Positions 39,014 through 49,317 are shown, counted from the first letter of the stretch. The stretch: DNA of 64,000 nucleotides from Candidatus Latescibacterota bacterium (GCA_965205975.1 OZ242195.1:3104001-3168000), one strand, 5' to 3'. The notes: generated from the letters alone by a model not told the origin. A program made the numbers and translations.

Positions 39014-39346
39014 TTACTTCTCCCGTGCAGGATTTGGAATTGTTGGCACAAAAAGTTCACTAATTTGTTCGGACGTAAGTCCAGTCAATGTCGCATGATA
39101 AGGGCTTCGTCCAGAAGTTCGCACCACATCACCGCCAGCTTTTCGGATTTCACCAACGGTTGTCACGCCAACTTGCCCATGTGGAATCATCCTTGCCAAT
39201 TCAGAGATGGATACACCTTCACCACTTTCTACTGATACGCCTGCGATCCCATCTGGATGTGTTCCGCTTCCACGTCGAATGTCTTCTGGTCGGTTTTTAC
39301 CGCCACGAACAACAAGGGCATCGTCAGGAATTTTTGCAATTAACAT
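39014..39346 (-). CDS. 110-aa protein resembling polymorphic-toxin C-terminal (ART-like) domains
   Basis: VVRGG ... GVSV ... IPHGQVGVTTVGEIRKAGGDV ... PYHATL; the toxin assignment is inference. Confidence 0.55.
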   Translation of the reverse strand: MLIAKIPDDALVVRGGKNRPEDIRRGSGTHPDGIAGVSVESGEGVSISELARMIPHGQVGVTTVGEIRKAGGDVVRTSGRSPYHATLTGLTSEQISELFVPTIPNPAREK

Positions 39347-39353
39347 ATAAAGA

Positions 39354-39381
39354 AATATAGCTCCTATCAGACATCTGTCAA
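39354..39381 (-). promoter_or_regulatory. Putative sigma70 promoter, possibly giving a leaderless mRNA
   Basis: TTGACA-16 bp-TATATT, with ATG 39346 lying 7 nt after the -10 box. Confidence 0.5.
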
Positions 39382-39516
39382 CACCTGACGCTCTAAAACT
39401 CGCACCTCTGCCTCCCGGAGATCCAGATCGCGTACATGGATCACATCAATACCAAAGGTATCATGAATCCAGGGCGCAAGTTGGGGTGAAATATGCGCGT
39501 CGAGCCAAAGGGTCAT
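39367..39516 (-). pseudogene. Truncated DUF5615 (PIN-like) toxin
   Basis: MTLWLDAHISPQLAPWIHDTFGIDVIHVRDLDLREAE, then unrelated VRVLERQVLTDV*; ATGA overlap with the DUF433 gene. Confidence 0.8.
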
Positions 39517-39737
39517 GCAGCGAGAACCGGATGGTTAAGCCGATCACTGGCAAATCGCAAACAGGCGCGAATGTCCTCAGGTTCAAGGTCTGGATGCTCT
39601 GATAGAATTTGTTCACGGGTCAAGTCGTGAGAGAGCAAATCCAGCACATCCGTGACGCGAATCCGCATACCCCGAATACAGGGTCGTCCCCCACACTGAT
39701 TGGGATTGACTGTGATACGATCTGTTAGAGTAGCCAT
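39513..39737 (-). CDS. DUF433 antitoxin
   Basis: RITVNPNQCGGRPCIRGMRIRVTDVLDLL...PDLEPEDIRACL. Confidence 0.93.
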   Translation of the reverse strand: MATLTDRITVNPNQCGGRPCIRGMRIRVTDVLDLLSHDLTREQILSEHPDLEPEDIRACLRFASDRLNHPVLAA

Positions 39738-39845
39738 AGCTGTCCTTTCCTACACAAAATAGCTCCCTGTATGAAATGCTCTGATTATAGGACTATTTTT
39801 TAGCTGAGACCCTCAACTAACTCCCGCTGGCGATTTTCTCAGACA

Positions 39846-40067
39846 TTACGGCCCTGTTGGCTTGCCCAGTCGCCGTTGTTCCGCTTCCCATTGTAGCGCG
39901 GCTTCTCGGGTAGTGCGAAAACCGACCTGAAAAATGTGGCCTCTGCCCCAGCCGGGTTTTCGCTGATGCTCGGCCTCTCGGCGGTCAATATCCCTGGTGA
40001 TACCTGTGTGGACAATGCGATTGCCCAACTTAAAGTGGTATTTGTAAACGGTTCTGCTGGTCGCCAT
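39846..40067 (-). CDS. Minimal GIY-YIG-like protein (73 aa)
   Basis: YKYHF...VHTGITRDIDRREAEH...AALQWE; GGAGG RBS before ATG 40067. Confidence 0.6.
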   Translation of the reverse strand: MATSRTVYKYHFKLGNRIVHTGITRDIDRREAEHQRKPGWGRGHIFQVGFRTTREAALQWEAEQRRLGKPTGP

Positions 40068-40071
40068 GTTA

Positions 40072-40584
40072 TTAGACCTCCACAATAAATTCCTCGCTTA
40101 AAAGGATACAGTATTCCACGAATTTTTCACAGTCCAGCAATGCGCGAGTCGCTTGTTGTCCCCTTCTCCCTCTTCGTCTTCCTCGAATAGTGATTGTCCC
40201 TTTATAGTAATCGGCCTTCCATGTACCTTCAGGAGTGCTTTCTTCATCATCGGGATCGTAAGAAAGAATTTCTACAGCGTGGATGATAGCGTTACACGCA
40301 GTGCGAAAAGTCAGATCGTTATAGCCTGTATGTGGAAAATTATTGCAGTATTGTCCACATATCAGTGCTCCTATGGCGTGGTTTCTGATGTCAAGCAACT
40401 GGCGAGTCGCTATAGCTATCCATATCAATAACCTATTGACTTCATTGTCATGGTTATTTTCAGACAAATTTTTGAAATTCGCATTCATCGCAACTTTTTC
40501 ATCTGCCAACAACAAGGTAAGCAGTTGGTAAAGGTCACGGCGATAGGAAGGAATATTTATGATTGGGGATTCGTCTTGGGTCAT
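40072..40584 (-). CDS. Hypothetical protein
   Basis: 170-aa intact AT-rich ORF, co-oriented with its neighbours. Confidence 0.6.
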   Translation of the reverse strand: MTQDESPIINIPSYRRDLYQLLTLLLADEKVAMNANFKNLSENNHDNEVNRLLIWIAIATRQLLDIRNHAIGALICGQYCNNFPHTGYNDLTFRTACNAIIHAVEILSYDPDDEESTPEGTWKADYYKGTITIRGRRRGRRGQQATRALLDCEKFVEYCILLSEEFIVEV

Positions 40585-40705
40585 TCTTCACTTTCCATCC
40601 AACGAGTTGAAATCAGCTATAAACTTTTGGGCAAAGATACGAATGAAGATCAGAGAAATTTTGTCTGAGGATTACCCAACTACTGGAGTATTTTATTTTT
40701 TAAAC

Positions 40706-41863
40706 TTACTGGCTTAAATATTCTTTGCAGGCATCTCTGAGTGACCAGAAGGATTCCTCCTCCACAACAAGTTTTATCAATTCACTTGCTGCCTCATAGA
40801 ATCTTTCCTCTTGATCTTCGCCTGATTCCGTTCCACAAAAGACATCCAGCATGGGCTTCCGTATGTGAATTGGGTGATATTTATTTTTTCTTGGTGCTTC
40901 GAAATCTTTCAAGTGATCGTAAAACTGCCATCCATCGTTTAACTGTTCTACTTTTTTTGGCAGCAATTCTTCCACCAACTTTTTATAGCTCTTTTCTTCA
41001 GTATAAAAATCATGTAGTGATCCGGAAAAGTCAATAATCAAACAGAAATCAGGTCCCTTAACAGGGTCAATCGGCTCTGTTCTGTGATCTTTTCCATCTA
41101 CCAAAATACCTACAAATATACCTCCTGGACCAAGATCTGGAGAAGATAATAGTTCTAACCCTATTCTTCCCCAACTGGCCCTCTTGCGAATATCTAAATT
41201 TTTTTTTATCATTTTTTTCCATTCTTTATTTTGCTCCTCTCGGCCCTTTACTCTTTCTATGAGGTCGTTTATATTTTTTTTCAGATCCTTTGTCTCATAA
41301 TAATACCGTATTGATGTATGAGATATTGGTGCTGGAGGACCTAATCCCTCACTTTTTAGTAGCTGCTGAAAGTCTCTAAAAAGGAGTTCGCTATTATCAC
41401 TTTTCTCCCAATCAGATATTAAATTGTATATATCGCTCCAGCATAAAGAGAGGTCGGGGTCTTGTTCGTGTTGCTGTTGTGTCGCAGAAATTAGAACGAT
41501 GCGATATTCGTCGAAGTTCCGTTTGGCGTATTCTTTGTAATTCGCAAGCTGATTTTCGTGAAGACGACTCCATGTCTTGTGTTCAAAGATAATCGCTTTG
41601 TTCTCACCATTAAAATGACAAACCATATCAGGATATTTACCGTCAAAATTTTCCTGAGTGAGCCACTCACAGTCATAATTTCCAATGCTCCATTCCCTTC
41701 CTCTTTCCTTCAGTTTTTCTTTTATTTTTTGTAAAAAAAATTCTCCAAAATCGGGATAATTGTTCAGAATCCATGCAAACCCTTCGGTGATGAAGTTTTC
41801 CAAAGAATCTCGATTCTCTTTTAGAGAATATCTTCTGAGTGCTTCAAATAAGCCAGTCGCCAT
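40706..41863 (-). CDS. PD-(D/E)XK nuclease family protein
   Basis: ENFITEGFAWIL, TQE..GKYPDM...IIFEHK....ENQLANY. Confidence 0.8.
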   Translation of the reverse strand: MATGLFEALRRYSLKENRDSLENFITEGFAWILNNYPDFGEFFLQKIKEKLKERGREWSIGNYDCEWLTQENFDGKYPDMVCHFNGENKAIIFEHKTWSRLHENQLANYKEYAKRNFDEYRIVLISATQQQHEQDPDLSLCWSDIYNLISDWEKSDNSELLFRDFQQLLKSEGLGPPAPISHTSIRYYYETKDLKKNINDLIERVKGREEQNKEWKKMIKKNLDIRKRASWGRIGLELLSSPDLGPGGIFVGILVDGKDHRTEPIDPVKGPDFCLIIDFSGSLHDFYTEEKSYKKLVEELLPKKVEQLNDGWQFYDHLKDFEAPRKNKYHPIHIRKPMLDVFCGTESGEDQEERFYEAASELIKLVVEEESFWSLRDACKEYLSQ

Positions 41864-41903
41864 TTCCTCTACCTTTATATTTTTTTCGCAATTGAACAAT
41901 ACA

Positions 41904-42278
41904 TCAACCAGTTATCAAAAAATCACATCCTACCGGGCGTCTGTCAAGACCTGACACCCTAAAACTCGCTCCTCGGCTCCAATCGCTCACCGAGGCGATC
42001 TTTCTCCAAATTGTAGCGCGTCTGCTGGTAATCGACGGTCTCCACGTTGGTCGCATGCCTCGCGTTTCCTGCCTGAGATGGTCTTCCATGCGCTTAAGCA
42101 CCTCAGTAGGGCTGTGATGTTTGCTTCTTAGGCACTTTACATGGACAACAGAATCCTGGTCATTGAAAATGGCGAAATACTGGGGTTCGGTCTTAACCCC
42201 CTCTGTCGCTATAACAAACAGCTTCCGATAACGTCGCTCGCCAGGTGGTCTGCGAAATCTACGCCTTCTCGACGGCAT
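41904..42278 (-). pseudogene. Truncated RloB-like protein fused to foreign sequence
   Basis: LFVIATEGVKTEPQYF is the RloB N-terminus. Homology stops near 42065, before the expected D-x-D and SNPCFE motifs. Confidence 0.75.
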
Positions 42279-43620
42279 CAGTCCGTTCCTCTATTTCCTC
42301 CGTGGGATGAGGATTTGTGAATGACCATCCCGGCACGATGTGAGGGACTCCCCCCATCCGTCCTTGCAAATAGCTCTTCCGAATATCCTTGTCATAACGA
42401 ACATCTTTGTACTCGCTAAAAGAAAACAGACTCGACACACCAGCCTCATCCCTTTCCGTTGCCCACATTTCATCCCTACGCAACAACTTTTGATCCATCA
42501 GCATAACATTATGGGTCGTCAGCAACAATTGTGTTCGGGTTTCCGTAGAGCAATTGGACAGGTACTCCTCAAGCAGTTGGCGAATCAGCAAGGGATGCAG
42601 ACTGCGGTCAATCTCATCAATGACATAGACCTTCTGCGACACTTGTTCTGAAAGCTCGAGAAAGGCAGGCAAGAGATCAATAATCCGTTGTGTACCATCT
42701 GATTCCTGATGAATCTCAAACTTGGCGTCTGTACCATCCGATTTCAGATGGACAGTGACCAGTCGCTTTGAGATTAACTTTCCATCCCTGCGGGTAATCA
42801 CTAGGCTAGGATATTCTTCCCCCTCCAGATGAACACTCTGGCCTTCCTTCACTTCTTCCTGAAGTTTGGTCTTTAATCTCTCGGGAAGCGGTATATTTTC
42901 TAATGAAATTTCTTCACTCTCAAGACGAGTAATTCCGGTATCAAGCCGCGGCAACATTTCGTTCATGGCCGCGTATAGCGGGTGTCCTTCATCAAAAAAT
43001 AGCTCGAAGGGACCAAATCGCAGGTCGGGTGCTATCAGTATAAGCGTATACTTAAACCAGTCATAGACCGGCCTGAAATTGTCGATATTTTGGGATACGG
43101 AGTTGGTCAGGAAAAGCTGATTGTCCCGGGTTCCCCTGAAAACAAATGGAAAAAAATCGTCTTTGGAGAGCGATTTGTCAAAGCTGAGTTCGCCGTCACG
43201 GCGATTATAAAGCACTTTTTCACTCGTACTCGTGATCTTAACCAGTCTTTCTTCCAGCACCTCCTTTTGGGTCACTGCAAAGCTAAAATCGTAGATGGTC
43301 TCGTCAATCAGCAACTCAAAAGCAAAGCGCGAAGGCTGACTTTTCCCCTCAGCACCCAACCGAAATGTCTCAATTGGGATCAGGCTGTTGGGCCTGGTAC
43401 CTTTAATAACCAGCGTCTTGGCAAAATTTAGAGCCTTAAAAAAATTGGTCTTGCCCGATGCATTGCCGCCATAAATTGTCGCAATCGGAAGAACTCGCGT
43501 TTGGTACTTGCCGAGCTTTGGAACGCGTTCTCCATGCTGACGCTCTCGGCTGGCAACCATCGAAAAAGTTGTTGGATCGCGGAAAGACATCCAGTTTTCG
43601 GCTGAGAAACTGATTATCAT
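42259..43620 (-). CDS. RloA-like AAA_21 ATPase
   Basis: [48 protein letters not shown]. Confidence 0.9.
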   Translation of the reverse strand: MIISFSAENWMSFRDPTTFSMVASRERQHGERVPKLGKYQTRVLPIATIYGGNASGKTNFFKALNFAKTLVIKGTRPNSLIPIETFRLGAEGKSQPSRFAFELLIDETIYDFSFAVTQKEVLEERLVKITSTSEKVLYNRRDGELSFDKSLSKDDFFPFVFRGTRDNQLFLTNSVSQNIDNFRPVYDWFKYTLILIAPDLRFGPFELFFDEGHPLYAAMNEMLPRLDTGITRLESEEISLENIPLPERLKTKLQEEVKEGQSVHLEGEEYPSLVITRRDGKLISKRLVTVHLKSDGTDAKFEIHQESDGTQRIIDLLPAFLELSEQVSQKVYVIDEIDRSLHPLLIRQLLEEYLSNCSTETRTQLLLTTHNVMLMDQKLLRRDEMWATERDEAGVSSLFSFSEYKDVRYDKDIRKSYLQGRMGGVPHIVPGWSFTNPHPTEEIEERTDAVEKA

Positions 43621-43774
43621 CTCACCACCTCCTAATATGATATTTTCGATTTATATCATATTAAATTTAGAGAATTTTAGCTGAAAAACAAGTCAAAAAG
43701 AGAAAAAATCTCGTTAAATATCTTTTTTAATAATGATCATCGGGTTGTAACCATAGAAATAGGTATAAAAAACA

Positions 43775-43825
43775 GGGCGACCACAAGGGTCGCCCCTACT
43801 GTCGCGGCAGGGATGCCGCTCCTAC
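43775..43825. repeat. Tandem GTAG-family REPs
   Basis: GGGCGACCACAAGGGTCGCCCCTAC and GCGGCAGGGATGCCGCTCCTAC. Confidence 0.75.
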
Positions 43826-43867
43826 GATTTAATTTTCACACTTCTTACTTCCTACTTCACACTTCAA

Positions 43868-44782
43868 TCACAACCCAACCCCAAACGCCCTCTCAAACTC
43901 CCCCCACAGATCGAGATTGACATCGGCAGTGGCATCGGAGAGCACCTCGTCGAGTTCGCGGGGAGAAGCTGGCCCCACAAGAAGCATGCCATTGCCATTT
44001 AAGGGTGCTGCCAGACAAAATTGCAGAGCAAAGCGACGAATACTAATCCCCCGCGCATTGCACCACTCCCACATCGCAACAGCGCGCTCTGCCTGTCCCG
44101 GATACCGGCGATCAGACAACTCGACATCGGGCCTGGGACCTGCCAGAACACCCATACCCTGCACACTCGCCAGAATAACACCCACATCGTGCTCAAGCGC
44201 GAGAGGAATCGTCGTCTCCGCAGCCGTCTGACTCAGCAACGTATAATCGAGAAACGTAATCACAATATCGCAAACCCCTGTCTCAATCGCATAGCGGTGA
44301 AAATCGTGCGAACGACAGCCAATACCCGTATAGCCGATCAAACCCTCGTCTCTCATCTTCAAAAGCTCATCCGAAGCATAACCCGGTGAATACACCTCTT
44401 CTATATCCCTCGGATCGTGGATAAGCAACGCATCGATATAATCCGTCTTGAGCTGTCTCAGACTATTCTCAACTGTCCACCGAATCGACTTCGCCGAAAA
44501 ATCGTGCCGCCGATCTCGATGGGTACCCGCTTTAGTCTGCAAATAAACCTTCTCCCGGTATCCTCCTTGAAGCGCGAGACCCACGCGCCGCTCGCTCTCG
44601 CCCCCGCCATAAGCAGCAGACGTATCGATAAAATTAATCCCCCGATCAATCGCCTCCCGCACAGTCGCAATCCCCTCATCATCAGAAACCCGCTGCGGAC
44701 TGCCGAGAAAAGCACAGCCAAGACCAATCGCTTTGGGTTTAAGTTCCGTGCGACCAAGACGTCGCGTTTCGAGTTCAGGCAT
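43868..44782 (-). CDS. Aldo/keto reductase
   Basis: RRLGRT, GINFIDTSAAYG, ENSLRQLKTDYIDALLIHDP. Confidence 0.93.
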   Translation of the reverse strand: MPELETRRLGRTELKPKAIGLGCAFLGSPQRVSDDEGIATVREAIDRGINFIDTSAAYGGGESERRVGLALQGGYREKVYLQTKAGTHRDRRHDFSAKSIRWTVENSLRQLKTDYIDALLIHDPRDIEEVYSPGYASDELLKMRDEGLIGYTGIGCRSHDFHRYAIETGVCDIVITFLDYTLLSQTAAETTIPLALEHDVGVILASVQGMGVLAGPRPDVELSDRRYPGQAERAVAMWEWCNARGISIRRFALQFCLAAPLNGNGMLLVGPASPRELDEVLSDATADVNLDLWGEFERAFGVGL

Positions 44783-44820
44783 AGCATCTCCTCATTTATT
44801 TTCCGTTTACAAATCTGCGT

Positions 44821-46269
44821 TCATCTGCGTTCATCTGCGGATCTGCTTTTCACATAGCGCGCCAGCAAGCTCAGATTCCGAATAAACGTACGACACGAAA
44901 GAATCTCCGCATCAATGCGCTCGCGTCTATTCTCTGGATTTCTCAACGATCCCTGCTCGACCCAGCGCCCCCGGTCATCGAGCGCATCAATAACTTCCTG
45001 CACGCGATCGTCACCAGGGCTGGTAACGCGCCCGCGCTCAGACAAAATCTTCTCCCGCCCCTCTGCCCTGATGCGATTGTACAGAACCTCAACCCGCTCA
45101 ATCCGACTCCCACTCACCTTAAACGCATAATGCGTAGGCAAATCCGAATCGTCATACGTAAGCACATAATCGCGGGTAAAAAACAGCGGCCGATTGGTCT
45201 GAAGCTCGTAAAACCGCGCCAGGCGACCATCGGGCAGAAGCGAGCGTTTTGCCCAATCCAGCGCGCCGGGAACCGGATCCAAAAAACGCGCCTCTCCGGT
45301 CGCCAAATACAAATCCAAAAGCACTTGCAAAACCCCAAAACTCTCGCCACCCGTAACAGCAGGCGGCTCAAAACGGCGCGCCCAGGTCGGCTCCATATCC
45401 AAATTGTACTGCTGTGCCCACGCGGGTTGTGGCTCGGGCATCTGCGCCAAAATAATAAAATCGCCACCCCGTTTCGCCGCATCGAGATAGTGGTCATCGC
45501 CGTAAACACCGTACGCCTCGACCATCGTCTCGATCACATCGGCAATCGCATTATCATTAAACGTATAATAATCCAAATAGCGCGTATTGGGATAGGTCCG
45601 CGACCACGTTTCGGGATAACGCGCCCTCTTCACCGGAAACTTTTCCGGATCGGGAAAAACCTCAAACCGCTGCGGCCACGCGCCATTTGGATACTGCGCC
45701 TTGAGAAGCGCATCGAGACCAAATAGCACCGCCGCGTGAACCTCCTCATCCTCAAAACTTTGCACCTTATCGACCCGCATCAACAACTGCAACGCACTCT
45801 GCGTATTATTATCGTCGAGCGTCGTGCGATTGAGGCGGTCCCCCGTATCGACATCGCCCCGCTCGACATCGCGCCGAAAGTGCCAACGCTTGCTTCCCTC
45901 CGCATCAAAATCAATGCGATAATCCCAACCGCCAGAAGCGAGTTGCCCCCACACAAGCGCACGCGCCGCCTCAACAGCACCATTGAGAAACAGCGTATCG
46001 CCCGTAGCCTCATAAGCCTCCAAAAACGCCATACCCACAGCAGGCGTACCCGGCGGCTGCACCCAAATCGTCGAAGGCGACGCTGTACCTTCGCCCTCGC
46101 GCATAGAAAAATCGGTCTTATACCGCCACAAATAACCGCCATGAGTCGCAACATCGATGCGAAAATAGCGCGTCGCCATAACCATCGCATCAATCGCTGA
46201 TCTATGAAGACTCTCATCCGCATTGAGCGGTGCTGTAATCATCATGAGCAAAACAAAAAAGTTTTTCAT
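44821..46269 (-). CDS. Pectate lyase (PL10/PelA-like) family secreted protein
   Basis: Signal peptide; TTLDDNNT, AQYPNGAWPQ, YTFNDN, WAQQY, ARRFEP. Confidence 0.8.
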   Translation of the reverse strand: MKNFFVLLMMITAPLNADESLHRSAIDAMVMATRYFRIDVATHGGYLWRYKTDFSMREGEGTASPSTIWVQPPGTPAVGMAFLEAYEATGDTLFLNGAVEAARALVWGQLASGGWDYRIDFDAEGSKRWHFRRDVERGDVDTGDRLNRTTLDDNNTQSALQLLMRVDKVQSFEDEEVHAAVLFGLDALLKAQYPNGAWPQRFEVFPDPEKFPVKRARYPETWSRTYPNTRYLDYYTFNDNAIADVIETMVEAYGVYGDDHYLDAAKRGGDFIILAQMPEPQPAWAQQYNLDMEPTWARRFEPPAVTGGESFGVLQVLLDLYLATGEARFLDPVPGALDWAKRSLLPDGRLARFYELQTNRPLFFTRDYVLTYDDSDLPTHYAFKVSGSRIERVEVLYNRIRAEGREKILSERGRVTSPGDDRVQEVIDALDDRGRWVEQGSLRNPENRRERIDAEILSCRTFIRNLSLLARYVKSRSADERR

Positions 46270-46399
46270 CTAATCCCCGCAAGAAGCTAAACCACCATCC
46301 ACCAAACGCTGCAAGCTATCCCATTCACATCCTGCGGTCAACCGCAAAATGCCCACATCAGTTGCGCTTTTAATCTTTAACCTGTAAATTTCAGTCACA

Positions 46400-47047
46400 A
46401 TGGACATCCTCTACCTCGACAATCACCTGCTGGTCGTACACAAACCCGCGGGCATGCTCGTACAGGGCAACCACACTCGCGATGAAAACTTGTTGGACAT
46501 GGGCAAAGCCTATCTCAAAGTCAAATTCAACAAACCCGGCAACGTATTTCTCGGACTCGTACACCGATTGGACCGTCCCGTATCGGGCGTAGTCGTCTTT
46601 GCACGCACATCGACATCGGCGCGCCGCTTATCGCAACAATTTCGGGAGCGAACCGTTGAAAAACACTATATCGCTCTCGTCCACGGCAAAACCCCTGAAA
46701 ACGGCCATCTCGTAAACCACATCGCGCGGCGACAGACAAAAAGCCGCATCGTAAACGCCCCTCATGGACAACGCGCAGAACTCACTTACGAGCGACTGGC
46801 ATACCACAAAGGCATATCCTCAGTCCGCGTGGACCTCGCCACTGGACGCCATCATCAAATACGCGTACAATTCGCAAATATATGCCACCCCGTACTGGGC
46901 GATTACAAGTACGGATCGCGCAAACCATTTCCCAACCGCGCCATCGCCCTCCACGCACAGAGCCTGACCATAATACACCCGACAAAAAAGGAACGCATGA
47001 CCTTTGAAACCCGGCCAGAAACATTTTGGCCTAAGTCTTTTGTATAG
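46400..47047 (+). CDS. RluA-family pseudouridine synthase
   Basis: HKPAG, VHRLDRPVSG, TGRHHQIR, GDYKYG, LHA. Confidence 0.94.
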   Translation: MDILYLDNHLLVVHKPAGMLVQGNHTRDENLLDMGKAYLKVKFNKPGNVFLGLVHRLDRPVSGVVVFARTSTSARRLSQQFRERTVEKHYIALVHGKTPENGHLVNHIARRQTKSRIVNAPHGQRAELTYERLAYHKGISSVRVDLATGRHHQIRVQFANICHPVLGDYKYGSRKPFPNRAIALHAQSLTIIHPTKKERMTFETRPETFWPKSFV

Positions 47048-47056
47048 CTCCTGATC

Positions 47057-47962
47057 ATGACCAAACAAATAACCTATCGCAACCGCAAAACAGATGAAAT
47101 GATCTCCGAACCGCTCATATTGCCCCGCATTCAATATGCTGTCGCGCGATCTCGCGTGGCAATATTTATATACAACATATTCCTGAACACATACCCATTT
47201 TGCTGGCTACTCGGCAAATGGATGGACCTATCGGGATCGCGAAAGAAAATCCAGGCATTTATACAAAAATACGACATCAACCTGGACGAAATCGAATTGC
47301 CACTGGACCAATACGAGAACTTAAATGCCTTCTTCTCTCGCAAACTCAAACCCAACGCACGTCCCTTTATCGCCGATCCCCACATCTTCTGTTCACCCGC
47401 CGATGGAAAAGTACTCGCATATCCCAAACTGGATGCACAAACCCGCCTACCCGTCAAAGGTTCCCATGTCGATATTGCGCATCTCCTATCATCAAAAGAA
47501 TCCGCAATCCCCTACAGAAATGGTGCTGCGCTCGTCATTCGATTGGCCCCGGCAGACTACCACCGCTACCACTTTCCCGTAGCTGGCATCGCAACTGCAT
47601 CTGCTAAAATCTCTGGACGCTATTATCTCGTCAACCCCATTGCCCTCGACGTAAAACCCGACTTATTTGCCCACAACAAACGCGAAATAACATACCTCGA
47701 AACCGAACACTTTGGCCGCATCGTGATCCTGGAAGTAGCGGGCTGGGGCGTGGGGCGCATCGTCCAAACATACCAGCCGGGCACTGTAGAACGTGGGCAG
47801 GAAAAGGGCTATTTTCAATTTGGAGGATCTACCCTGGTACTCCTGTTTGAGCCTGGACGCATTATATTTGATAATGACCTCATCCGCGACACACAAGCAG
47901 GCATCGAAGTCCAGGTCCTCACAGGATCACAACTCGGCGTACAGGCCATATCCAAAAATTAA
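47057..47962 (+). CDS. psd: Phosphatidylserine decarboxylase proenzyme
   Basis: FFSRKLK, SPADG, RLAPADYHRYHFP, and FGGST cleavage site. Confidence 0.92.
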   Translation: MTKQITYRNRKTDEMISEPLILPRIQYAVARSRVAIFIYNIFLNTYPFCWLLGKWMDLSGSRKKIQAFIQKYDINLDEIELPLDQYENLNAFFSRKLKPNARPFIADPHIFCSPADGKVLAYPKLDAQTRLPVKGSHVDIAHLLSSKESAIPYRNGAALVIRLAPADYHRYHFPVAGIATASAKISGRYYLVNPIALDVKPDLFAHNKREITYLETEHFGRIVILEVAGWGVGRIVQTYQPGTVERGQEKGYFQFGGSTLVLLFEPGRIIFDNDLIRDTQAGIEVQVLTGSQLGVQAISKN

Positions 47963-47982
47963 ACCCAAACCAAAAATACACT

Positions 47983-49317
47983 ATGCCAACAATCAATCTC
48001 ATCACCCTGGGCTGCCCCAAAAACACCGTTGATTCCGAGCGCATGCACCACCTCCTCAAACTCAACGGCTACGACCTCTCGGACCACGCTGAAAACGCCG
48101 ACATCATCGTCGTCAACACCTGCGGATTCATCGAACCAGCCAAAGAAGAATCAATAGCAACAGTAATGGACGCCGCAGAATACAAAAAAAACGGACGCTG
48201 TCGCGGCGTCATCGTCACGGGCTGCCTGGCCGAGCGGTACCGAACAGAATTAGAAACCGAACTCGTCGAAGCAGACATGATCGTGGGCCTTGCTGGCGAA
48301 CGCGAAATCGTCGCACACTGCGATAACCTGTTGGGCACATCGCGCATACACACCATCCGAGACGCAGAGGCGCGCCATCTCCTCACCCCAAAACACTGGG
48401 CGTACTTGCGAATCTCGGACGGATGCGACAGAACATGTGCATTTTGCGCCATCCCGAGCTTTCGCGGAAAAAACAAAAGTACAAACCTGGACCGCCTCAT
48501 CGCCGAAGCCTATCGTATGATCGGCAACGGCGTCCGCGAAATCGCCCTTATCGCCCAGGACACCATGCGATATGGCGCAGACCTGTACGGCAAACCCCGG
48601 CTGATAGACTTACTAAAAGAACTCATCCAAATCGAGAAACTCGACTGGGTGCGAATGTTATACGCCTATCCAACCGGTTGGCGCAATGAACTAATCAACC
48701 TCCTCGCGACCGAAGAAAAATTGTGCGCCTACATCGACCTGCCCATCCAGCACGCATCAGACCCCATACTAAAAGCCATGAACCGGGGCACCACAAAAGC
48801 GGGCATTCGCAAACTCATCTACACCTTGCGCGAACGCATACCCAATTTGACCATCCGATCATCAATCATCACCGGATTTCCCGGCGAACGCGATGAACAC
48901 TTCGCAGAACTCATGGACTTTGTCGATGAAATGCAATTCAGCCGCCTCGTCGGATTCACCTATTCGCACGAAGAAGGCACGCAGGCGGGCGCATTGAAAG
49001 ACGACGTACCCGAAGACATCAAGCGCGAACGGTTGAACGACCTCATGGCATTGCAGGCGCAAATATCGGGCGAATTAAACGCTACGCACATAGGACGCAC
49101 CTTCAAAGTACTCGTAGATGAAGCCTCAGACGACCCGGCATATCACTACATCGGCCGCACGCGAATGGACGCCCCGGAAATCGACGGCGCCGTATTCTTC
49201 ACGGGTCCCGCAAACATCGGCGACTTTGTCGAAGTAGAAATCACCGATGCAACCGAACACGACCTAATCGGACATGTCGTAAAAACTGACGCCCTATTGG
49301 AAATTGAGGCTGTATAA
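47983..49317 (+). CDS. rimO: Ribosomal protein S12 methylthiotransferase
   Basis: LGCPKNTVDSE, NTCGFI, CDRTCAFC radical-SAM motif, DAPEIDG TRAM domain. Confidence 0.95.
   Translation: MPTINLITLGCPKNTVDSERMHHLLKLNGYDLSDHAENADIIVVNTCGFIEPAKEESIATVMDAAEYKKNGRCRGVIVTGCLAERYRTELETELVEADMIVGLAGEREIVAHCDNLLGTSRIHTIRDAEARHLLTPKHWAYLRISDGCDRTCAFCAIPSFRGKNKSTNLDRLIAEAYRMIGNGVREIALIAQDTMRYGADLYGKPRLIDLLKELIQIEKLDWVRMLYAYPTGWRNELINLLATEEKLCAYIDLPIQHASDPILKAMNRGTTKAGIRKLIYTLRERIPNLTIRSSIITGFPGERDEHFAELMDFVDEMQFSRLVGFTYSHEEGTQAGALKDDVPEDIKRERLNDLMALQAQISGELNATHIGRTFKVLVDEASDDPAYHYIGRTRMDAPEIDGAVFFTGPANIGDFVEVEITDATEHDLIGHVVKTDALLEIEAV

Noticed and set aside
18240..43620. One prophage or integrative element spanning both defence patches
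   Set aside because: No integrase, phage or conjugation genes and no att repeats; an ordinary metabolic block (33.0-38.4 kb) separates the patches.
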